Below, one piece after another: positions 56,804-64,000 of a stretch of DNA of 64,000 nucleotides. The notes beneath the pieces were generated by a model. That model ran no database searches, was not told the DNA's origin, and was given only the letters and a program-made list of their open reading frames with translations. Each line of letters begins with the position of its first letter. The stretch's first letter is position 1. Origin of the DNA: an uncultured bacterium (lineage in GTDB: Bacteria; Cyanobacteriota; Cyanobacteriia; CAZCXK01); assembly GCA_964502605.1 (NCBI GenBank), contig CAZCXK010000003.1:19476-83475 (forward strand), given 5' to 3'. Both the position numbers and the translations under genes were made by a program.

Positions 56804-58861
56804 TCAAGGGGCGATCGTGCCTGTCAGTGGCGAACTCGCCATTGCATAGTTTTTTAATGGAATCCGACCTGCCAGATACGCCAAGCGCCCCGCTGTCGTT
56901 GCCAAACCCATTGCCTGCCCCATTTTAACCGGGTTTTTTGCCTGGGCGATCGCCGTATTGATCAGCAGCGCATCCGCACCCATTTCCATCGCTTGTGCAG
57001 CCTCACTGGGGGTGCCAATCCCGGCATCCACCACCACCGGAACCTTGGCATTTTCAATGATGATTTCAATGTTAGCGGCATTGCGAATTCCCTGGCCTGA
57101 CCCAATGGGAGATCCGAGCGGCATCACAGTAGCACAACCTGCCTCTTCGAGCCGTTTGGCTAAGATCGGATCGGCATTGATATACGGCAATACGGCAAAT
57201 CCCTCTTTAACCAACTGCTCAGCAGCTTCCAGCGTCCCGATGGGGTCAGGCAGCAAATATTTAGCATCCGGAATCACCTCCAGCTTGACGAAATTGTTGT
57301 CCTCTTGGCCAAGGAGTTTCGCCATCTCCCGCCCCAAACGAGCCACACGCACGGCTTCTTCAGCCGTTTTGCAGCCTGCTGTGTTGGGCAACATCCAGAG
57401 TTTAGCCCAATCAAGCGCCTCTGCCAGTCCTTCATGACCAGGTGCATTCGTTTGCACTCGGCGAACAGCTACAGTAACAATCTGCGATCCGCTAGCAGAA
57501 ATGCTTTGGCGCATGTGATCAAACGTCCGATATTTGCCTGTCCCCGTCATTAATCGGGAGTTGAATGTGCGACCCGCAATGATTAAAGACTGATCCAGCA
57601 TTGGGAGTGATTCAGGTGTCGCAGGCGTTGCAGGCGTTAACGATTGCATGGGTATAGATGAGGGGGGTGACAGAGCAGTAAGTGACAGATGACTAGCGGC
57701 ATCCAACATCGTGTTGTGAACAGCAGCATTTGGCGATGCATCAGCCGTATGGGGACTGTAAAACCGCTCCCAATGAAATGACGACAAGAGCGCATCAGCA
57801 GCTTGATTTTCTACCCAGTCTGCAATCAGCTGAGCCGTGGCAGGGGCTAGCAAAATGCCGTTGCGATAGTGACCCACGGCCACGGTGAGATTGCTACATT
57901 GACTGGGGCCTAAAATCGGCAGCTCATCAGGGGTAGCAGGACGAAATCCCCACCAGCAGTCGTGCAGTGGAAACTCTTGCAGCATCGGATACAAGCGCAT
58001 GGCCCGATTGAGCAGAGCTTGAACGCCAGATGCCGTATTGTGGGGCAAAAACCCCGCCGCTTCGACAGTGGCACCAATGAGGATACGTCCATCGCGCCGA
58101 GGCACGATGTAAATGTCTGGGCCGAAGAGCACGCGTCGCAGGGGCAAGTAATCAGAATATCCAGGGCGATCGCCCCCTGCAAAGCCGGGCACCTGAACCG
58201 AGATCATTTGCCCTTTGCGCGGCTGCACCGGCACCGGCAACAGCTCATGCGACCACGCTCCGGTTGCGAGCACATAGTGATCGGCATTCCAGTCACCGCG
58301 ATCGGTGATTACGTTGACAATGCGCCCCTCATGCTGACGCAAATACTCCACTGCGACACCCAATTGCACATCAACCCCAATACTTTGAGCCGCTGTTTGC
58401 AAGGCTGTCGCTAAGGCTCGATTATCAACTTGCCCATCTTCAGGAAACCACCATCCTCCGGCCACATCATCACCCAAACCAGTCTGAGCCTGATGGATTG
58501 AATCACGCCCCAGCCAGTGTGTTAAGGCTGTCGAGGGGGCTCCCATGCCTGTTTCGACGATTTCGTACACCGGAGCCAAAATGCCACAGGGCCAATAGCC
58601 CGTTGACAGCCCACTGACTTCTTCTAGTTTTCTGACCCAATCTGGATAAAGGCTGCGACTTTTGAGGCACAGTTCTAGCATGGCTCCTGGCGGAATCGCT
58701 TCTGCCTGGGGTGCCAACATCCCGGCTGCGGCCTGAGTAGCTGCCTGTTGCATGTCTCGACTCAACACCGTGACGGTTGCACCCCGCAACCGTAGCTCCA
58801 TGGCGATCGCTAACCCAATGACACCACCGCCAATAATTAGAATGTCAGATGCAGTCTTCAT
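56804..58861 (-). CDS. thiOG: Bifunctional glycine oxidase ThiO / thiazole synthase ThiG fusion protein
   Basis: N-terminal FAD fold [17 protein letters not shown] and [15 protein letters not shown] (ThiO). A Ser/Pro/Thr-rich linker follows. The C-terminal TIM-barrel ThiG region has the PYINADP-type and [10 protein letters not shown] segments. Confidence 0.85.
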   Translation of the reverse strand: MKTASDILIIGGGVIGLAIAMELRLRGATVTVLSRDMQQAATQAAAGMLAPQAEAIPPGAMLELCLKSRSLYPDWVRKLEEVSGLSTGYWPCGILAPVYEIVETGMGAPSTALTHWLGRDSIHQAQTGLGDDVAGGWWFPEDGQVDNRALATALQTAAQSIGVDVQLGVAVEYLRQHEGRIVNVITDRGDWNADHYVLATGAWSHELLPVPVQPRKGQMISVQVPGFAGGDRPGYSDYLPLRRVLFGPDIYIVPRRDGRILIGATVEAAGFLPHNTASGVQALLNRAMRLYPMLQEFPLHDCWWGFRPATPDELPILGPSQCSNLTVAVGHYRNGILLAPATAQLIADWVENQAADALLSSFHWERFYSPHTADASPNAAVHNTMLDAASHLSLTALSPPSSIPMQSLTPATPATPESLPMLDQSLIIAGRTFNSRLMTGTGKYRTFDHMRQSISASGSQIVTVAVRRVQTNAPGHEGLAEALDWAKLWMLPNTAGCKTAEEAVRVARLGREMAKLLGQEDNNFVKLEVIPDAKYLLPDPIGTLEAAEQLVKEGFAVLPYINADPILAKRLEEAGCATVMPLGSPIGSGQGIRNAANIEIIIENAKVPVVVDAGIGTPSEAAQAMEMGADALLINTAIAQAKNPVKMGQAMGLATTAGRLAYLAGRIPLKNYAMASSPLTGTIAP

Positions 58862-58929
58862 GTCTGAACGGCGATTGTGCGAAATGAATTCAACAGAGCC
58901 CTAGGTCGCTCAAACCGCAGAGCCAAGAG

Positions 58930-59313
58930 CTACCAGAGCGCATTGACAGGTTCATCTTCCTGCCGCTGAGTGTCCGGTGATGGCGATTGCGAAGGGGGCT
59001 GCGTTGCTGATGGGTCTGACCCTGTGCCCTCTTGATTTGGTGGGGCTTCTCCATTTGGGATATCGCTGCCGTCGGTTGAGAATGGACTCGATTGGCCAGG
59101 AGCGTCTGGCGACATGTCCTCCGTGCCCGGAGACGGAAATGATGAGCCAAACATCGGAAACACGTTGATCCGCCCCGTCGCTTGGGCGATCGCCAAAACT
59201 GCGATCGCCGCCAAAATCGCATAACTAATCACTCGGACAGCGCCTTTAAGCACTGTGCCAACAATGACTGCAAGCAACAACCCTGCAATAAGTACGCCAA
59301 CAACCTGTTCCAA
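58930..59313 (-). CDS. Hypothetical small membrane protein with a Pro/Ser/Gly-rich C-terminal tail
   Basis: The N-terminal 45 aa are hydrophobic (LIAGLLLAVIVGTVL...AILAAIAVLAIA). It lies immediately upstream of thiO-thiG on the same strand. ORF evidence only. Confidence 0.3.
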   Translation of the reverse strand: MEQVVGVLIAGLLLAVIVGTVLKGAVRVISYAILAAIAVLAIAQATGRINVFPMFGSSFPSPGTEDMSPDAPGQSSPFSTDGSDIPNGEAPPNQEGTGSDPSATQPPSQSPSPDTQRQEDEPVNALW

Positions 59314-60053
59314 CCTTGATATTGCCTCCAGCCACTAACGAGATGACCTAACCCTGTCAAACATCCGCTCTGACTTTATCATCTAGCAGAGCCCTGGCTA
59401 ACCTCAAGCACCGTGTGAAAAATCAATAATTTTCCGTTGATTTTTCAATGTCCTGTTCCACCCTAACGAAAGATGGGGCAACCCTGCCGACCAGACGAAT
59501 CCCTCGGAGAGATGCGTGAGCTTTGAGGTCTCAGTTTTGAATTGCTCTACACACTCACCATTCAAGATGCAACGCTCAAAACTTAATTTAATTCCAGATC
59601 TTGGGATGCGCGATCCCGCACTACACGGTTCCTACATCGTATCGCTCCCAGTATCTGCTCCCAATATTTGCTCCCCCACCGCATCTTTTAACCGGGCTAT
59701 CTAGATTGGCAAGTCATCTAATCAGAGCCGCTTGATTGTTATAAGGGGCAATCCCTTGGTCTAATAGAATATGACGCAGATTGACCCCAAATGAGCAGAC
59801 AAATGTTTTTCCGTGAGCTGTTACCGTAGGCATATTGACCCAATTAATTGACGTAATCTGTGGCAAGTGAGCTATTAATCGTGAATTGAGTTGACGGTTT
59901 AATGCGACGCTAGCTCAGCCATAGTAAAAACTTAATCTAGATAGATATTAATACCCTTTCTTGGGTTACGTTTCTCACCGTTTCGAACGCCGCCACATGG
60001 CCAATCTGTCTGTCACTCATTCGATTTGGATTCTGATTCTTGATGGTTGACCT

Positions 60054-61724
60054 ATGACTGAGACGCTTCCTGGGACTGAAAATACGCTTTGGGTTTACGA
60101 CACCACCTTGCGCGACGGGGCGCAGCGTGAAGGCCTGTCCCTATCGACAGACGATAAGCTCCGAATTGCCCGCCAGTTAGATCGTCTGGGGATTCCATTT
60201 ATTGAAGGGGGATGGCCAGGAGCCAACCCAAAAGATGTCCAGTTCTTCTGGCAGTTACAAGAAGAGCCGCTGACCCAGGCCGAAATCGTGGCCTTTTGTT
60301 CCACCCGGCGTCCGGGGCAAGCAGCCGCCAATGACCCCATGTTGCAGCCGATTTTGTCAGCTGGAACACGCTGGATCACTCTATTCGGAAAATCATGGGA
60401 TCTGCATGTCACAGATGGCCTCAAGACAACACTAGATGAAAATCTGGCGATGATTCAAGACACGATCCAGTTTCTGGGTCACCGAGAGCGCCGCGTTATT
60501 TATGATGCTGAACACTGGTTTGACGGCTATAAACACAATCCGAGCTATGCCTTAGAAACCCTCAAGGTGGCGATCGCCGCTGGCGCTGAATGGGTAGTGC
60601 TCTGTGACACCAATGGGGGCACTCTGCCCTACGAAATTTCTGAGATTGTGCGGCAGGTAGCGCAGGCTATTGGCCTGACATCTCAGTCATCTGCGGCTGC
60701 GCCTACGGTACAGCTTGGCATTCATACTCACAATGATTCAGGGACAGCCGTAGCCAACGCGCTAGCCGCTGTCAGGGAGGGAGCCCGCATGGTGCAGGGC
60801 ACCATCAACGGCTATGGTGAACGCTGCGGCAATGCCAATCTTTGTACTCTGATTCCCAATTTGCAGTTGAAGCTAGGCTATCGCTGCATGAGTGACCAAC
60901 GGCTCGCCCATCTCACCGAATCCAGTCGCTTCATTAGCGAGGTGGTCAATCTAGCTCCTGATGATCATGCCCCGTTTGTAGGGCTATCGGCCTTCGCCCA
61001 CAAAGGCGGCATCCATGTTAGCGCCGTTGAGCGCAACCCCATCACCTATGAGCACATTCAGCCAGATGTGATTGGCAATTGCCGTCGCATCGTCATTTCT
61101 GACCAAGCGGGGCTGAGCAATGTGCTGGCCAAAGCCCGCAGTTTTGGCATTGATCTCGACAAGCAAGCCCCCACCTGTCGGCAAATTTTACAGCGGCTGA
61201 AAAGCCTGGAGAGCGAAGGTTACCAGTTTGAGGCGGCAGAGGCCAGCTTTGAGCTGCTGATGCGAGAAGCATTGGGCAAACGAGATGTCTGGTTTACCCT
61301 GAGAGGGTTTCAGGTGCATTGTGAAGTTGCTCAAGGTGGAGAACTCTGGCATTCTAATTCGCTAGCGACGATCAAGGTAACGATCAATCAGCAAGACTTT
61401 TTGGAAGTCGCTGAAGGCAATGGCCCTGTCTCAGCGCTCGATGCAGCTCTCCGTAAGGCCCTAATGAACTTTTATCCGGCGATTTCAGAGTTCTATCTCA
61501 CTGATTACAAAGTTCGAATTTTGGATGGCAAGACTGGAACCTCTGCTAAAACCCGCGTCTTGGTCGAGTCCAGCAATGGACATCAGCGCTGGACGACCGT
61601 TGGTGTCTCGACCAATATTCTAGATGCCTCCTATCAGGCCGTAGTGGAAGGCATTGAATATGGGTTGATGTTGCAGAGTCAGGCACAGGCAGCACTGGGT
61701 TCATCTCCAGCGGCAGCAAGCTAG
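60054..61724 (+). CDS. 2-Isopropylmalate synthase / (R)-citramalate synthase family enzyme (LeuA/CimA, DRE-TIM barrel plus LeuA-dimer C-terminal domain)
   Basis: N-terminal LWVYDTTLRDGAQ (the TTLRDGEQ signature of HMGL-like enzymes) and the His-x-His metal site region (GIHTHNDSG). The 556-aa length includes a C-terminal regulatory domain. I cannot discriminate leuA from cimA by eye. Confidence 0.8.
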   Translation: MTETLPGTENTLWVYDTTLRDGAQREGLSLSTDDKLRIARQLDRLGIPFIEGGWPGANPKDVQFFWQLQEEPLTQAEIVAFCSTRRPGQAAANDPMLQPILSAGTRWITLFGKSWDLHVTDGLKTTLDENLAMIQDTIQFLGHRERRVIYDAEHWFDGYKHNPSYALETLKVAIAAGAEWVVLCDTNGGTLPYEISEIVRQVAQAIGLTSQSSAAAPTVQLGIHTHNDSGTAVANALAAVREGARMVQGTINGYGERCGNANLCTLIPNLQLKLGYRCMSDQRLAHLTESSRFISEVVNLAPDDHAPFVGLSAFAHKGGIHVSAVERNPITYEHIQPDVIGNCRRIVISDQAGLSNVLAKARSFGIDLDKQAPTCRQILQRLKSLESEGYQFEAAEASFELLMREALGKRDVWFTLRGFQVHCEVAQGGELWHSNSLATIKVTINQQDFLEVAEGNGPVSALDAALRKALMNFYPAISEFYLTDYKVRILDGKTGTSAKTRVLVESSNGHQRWTTVGVSTNILDASYQAVVEGIEYGLMLQSQAQAALGSSPAAAS

Positions 61725-61822
61725 GGGGCGATCGCCTGCCCACAATCAACCTCACACTGGCACCCTGGCACCCATCGCCTCCGACAGAAGAACTGACTAA
61801 CAGCCAATCTCGCAAGCTAGCG

Positions 61823-62155
61823 CTAGCTTTCGTTGGCTTCAGGACGATGATTCCGGATTTGCTCTGCTTCAGGGCAATCATCTGAAACCAGTGGCTCCAC
61901 GTCACCCTTCGGCACAGTAGCCAGCTTTTGCATCACGGCTCCGATGCTTTCCAAGCGAATCATTTCTTCCCAGGAGCAGGTCTCATCTTCTTCTTCCGTT
62001 TCATAGCGAAGCGTGACTAAATCGCCTTCAATATCGAGAATGCGCGCACGCTCGATCCAGCGCTGTTGATCCCGCAAGAAGATCCAGACTTCGCGACCAT
62101 CACAACAGATTTGATAAATCTTGCGGTGTAGCATGGATAGATTCTCCTGAGCCAA
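61823..62155 (-). CDS. Hypothetical small acidic protein (110 aa)
   Basis: ORF only. It is acidic (many E/D) with two Cys pairs (CCDGREV..., CSWEE). No recognised motif. Confidence 0.3.
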   Translation of the reverse strand: MAQENLSMLHRKIYQICCDGREVWIFLRDQQRWIERARILDIEGDLVTLRYETEEEDETCSWEEMIRLESIGAVMQKLATVPKGDVEPLVSDDCPEAEQIRNHRPEANES

Positions 62156-62872
62156 TAGCCCTTCAAAACTTAAATATGCTTAGCCAAACAGCGATAACAC
62201 GGGTTATGCATGACCCAAGCCAACCCAATCACAGGGTCAGAGCAGGTATTTGCAGGTAGAACTTAGACTAAGCAGCGCACAAAACCCTGGGTAAAATCGA
62301 ATGCCAGATGACAAACCGCTTGATTTTGAAACGACTTTCACAAGCGGATTAAGGGTCGCAAATGCAGGTAACGGTTTAACCCGCGATGCCTTAGAGAACA
62401 ATGACCCGACGGACGCATAAAATATCTTCATGAGCATGAACGCCTTTGTCATCAGTGCTGTATCCACGGCTGCAAAACTTATCACTCAGTAAGCAAGCCT
62501 CAACTCAGGCAGATAGCGAAGACTCGTAATCGGAATTTAAGGCAATTAAAGCTTGAGTTGCAACAATTGTGAAGGGGGGATCAAGTAATCTTGCGCGAAT
62601 TATCGATGGGTAACGGCACTGAATCGCAGTCTTACTAGTCAATTGAGGAGTTGTCATTGAATCGTAATCATACAGGGATTTCACGATCATTCCAGGGTAC
62701 AAACATCGTATCCTGGAATACTGAATGTACTCATCATTCTAACCAGTGTCAAAGGTAGATTGGGGGACATGTTAGAGAATTCAGTAGAATTCATAATCAT
62801 AATGCTAAGCACACCCAATCTTAATGGGCAGGGTGCAGAAATTGATGTAAGGCGATCGCAAGTTGAGGACTC

Positions 62873-63616
62873 ATGCTGCTCCATCTCATGACTTGGTGCG
62901 AAGTGGAGACCTATCTAAACCAATCTCGCGGCATTATTCTGCCGATCGGCTCAACTGAGCAACACGGGCCGACTGGGCTGATTGGCACCGACGCCATTTG
63001 TGCAGAAGCGATCGCTAAGGGTGTGGGCGATATGACCCACGCAATTGTCGGCCCCACCATTAACGTGGGTATGGCGCTTCACCATACCGAGTTTCCCGGC
63101 AGCATCAGTTTGAGACCTAGCACGCTTATGCTAGTAGTCCGAGATTATCTCATCAGCCTCTCTAAAGCCGGATTCACCAAATTTTTCTTTATTAACGGTC
63201 ACGGCGGCAACATCGCCACTCTCAAAGCCGCATTTTCAGAATGCTATGCGGTGCTGGCTGACTTGCACATTGTGGACGCAGATCGGGTGCAGTGTCAGCT
63301 TGCTAACTGGTTTATGTGCGGCTCTGTCTATAGCTTGGCCAAAGAGCTATATGGACAGCAAGAAGGCGCTCATGCTACCCCAAGTGAAGTGGCGCTGACT
63401 CAATATGTCTACCCAGATGCCATCAAGCAAGCTGCACTCTCTGCCGAGGTGGCATCGGGGCATCCGATATACAGCGCGGTAGACTTTCGCCGCCATTACA
63501 CGGATGGTCGTATGGGGTCAAACCCTTCCCTGGCAACGCCTGAGCATGGCCAACAATTTTATGAGCTTGCTGTCAAGGACTTATCGGCACGATATCTAGA
63601 ATTTTTGAACGCCTGA
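62873..63616 (+). CDS. Creatininase-family amidohydrolase (creatinine amidohydrolase-like)
   Basis: LPIGSTEQHGP (the GSxEQHG motif) and FINGHGGN, both diagnostic of the creatininase fold. A possible true start is the ATG at 62888 (MTWCEV). Confidence 0.8.
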   Translation: MLLHLMTWCEVETYLNQSRGIILPIGSTEQHGPTGLIGTDAICAEAIAKGVGDMTHAIVGPTINVGMALHHTEFPGSISLRPSTLMLVVRDYLISLSKAGFTKFFFINGHGGNIATLKAAFSECYAVLADLHIVDADRVQCQLANWFMCGSVYSLAKELYGQQEGAHATPSEVALTQYVYPDAIKQAALSAEVASGHPIYSAVDFRRHYTDGRMGSNPSLATPEHGQQFYELAVKDLSARYLEFLNA

Positions 63617-63733
63617 TATAAAGTCTTAAAGACTCTGGTCTCTCGTTCTGTCCTTTCTCTGCACGATCTGCCTCTGTTCCATCCTGTACAATCAGGGCGT
63701 TGAATCAAGACAGGCAATGCCAGTTTAGTGTGC

Positions 63734-64000
63734 ATGAGCAACACCCTAGCCGAGTTTTTGACGGATCAGCAAATTCAATTTGTTCGAATCCTCTGGTGTG
63801 ATAATGCCAATGTGATTCGAGGCAAAGCCTTTCACACGGCATTTTTAAACGAGCATGACGAACATGGCATCGGCATTTCGATCGCCCAACAAGCGATTCC
63901 GGTGATGGCCGATATCGTAGTGCCGGAAGCTGGCTTGGGGCCTGTGGGTGAGGCTTGGCTGGTGCCAGATTGGTCAACGCTCAACCCGTTACCCTATGCA
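63734..64000 (+). CDS. Glutamine-synthetase-family protein (type I/III-like; GlnA or gamma-glutamyl-polyamine synthetase-like), 5' portion only. The ORF runs off the window end
   Basis: The N-terminal beta-grasp domain pattern FLTDQQIQFVRILWCDNANVIRGKAF matches the conserved GS N-domain. Truncated by the window boundary. Confidence 0.55.
   Translation, partial: MSNTLAEFLTDQQIQFVRILWCDNANVIRGKAFHTAFLNEHDEHGIGISIAQQAIPVMADIVVPEAGLGPVGEAWLVPDWSTLNPLPYA

Noticed and set aside
59313-59560. Possible TPP riboswitch upstream of the thiO-thiG operon
   Set aside because: I looked on the minus strand for the GGGGUGCC...CUGAGA...ACCUGAUCUGGAUAAUGCCAGCGUAGGGAA core and found only a weak CUGAGAC match without the flanking conserved helices. 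Not supported.
1-64000. CRISPR arrays, tRNA, rRNA, tmRNA, RNase P RNA
   Set aside because: No regularly spaced direct repeats were seen. No intergenic segment shows tRNA-like T-arm/acceptor signatures (GGTTCGAATCC-type) or the conserved RNase P/tmRNA boxes. All intergenic regions were scanned by eye only, so short ncRNAs cannot be excluded.

Overview
This 64 kb window looks like cyanobacterial chromosome. It is about 55% GC, and the octamer GCGATCGC (HIP1) recurs dozens of times, inside genes and between them. Gene content from start to end:

- **1-5.5 kb:** a small membrane/coiled-coil protein, a decayed DDE-transposase relic, a lipoprotein SGNH/GDSL hydrolase, a TPR protein and a family-4 uracil-DNA glycosylase.
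- **5.5-10.8 kb:** a polysaccharide-synthesis block on the minus strand, with two GT4 and one GT2 glycosyltransferases plus a Wzy/O-antigen-ligase-like membrane protein.
- **11.0-12.3 kb:** serS.
- **12.6-19.0 kb:** the most interesting region, a five-gene minus-strand operon:
  - a 98-aa precursor with a double-glycine (LSEEDESMIGGG) leader and an extraordinarily arginine-rich core;
  - an APH-type kinase-fold protein;
  - a 358-aa unknown protein;
  - a C39-peptidase ABC exporter;
  - a HlyD adaptor.
  This looks like a peptide modification/export (RiPP/bacteriocin-like) system with an unusual poly-Arg/SR-like cargo, flanked by a truncated IS1 fragment.
- **19.7-23.5 kb:** Uma2-family nuclease, SLH-OprB porin, NUDIX hydrolase and cobO.
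- **23.5-28.4 kb:** an AT-rich SET-domain gene next to a 1434-aa single-module NRPS (A with embedded methyltransferase, then PCP, then reductase).
- **28.7-30.4 kb:** a cluster of TTTTCCACA DnaA boxes plus an AT-rich element directly upstream of dnaN, a candidate oriC.
- **30.5-35.9 kb:** cysS, a ThiO-like oxidase, lepB with a long disordered N-extension, and pyrC.
- **36.0-50.0 kb:** a complete pilus-motility chemosensory locus on the minus strand (PatA-type regulator, CheY, CheW, MCP and a 1.7k-aa hybrid CheA; pilG/H/I/J/L or hmpA-E). A 1.6 kb AT-rich non-coding spacer separates it from a divergent coiled-coil HmpF-like gene.
- **50.0-64.0 kb:** tilS, ccsA, a large TPR/Pro-rich protein, a small HLIP-like ORF, a thiO-thiG fusion, leuA/cimA, a creatininase-family gene and the start of a glutamine-synthetase-family gene.

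No rRNA, tRNA or CRISPR array was found.
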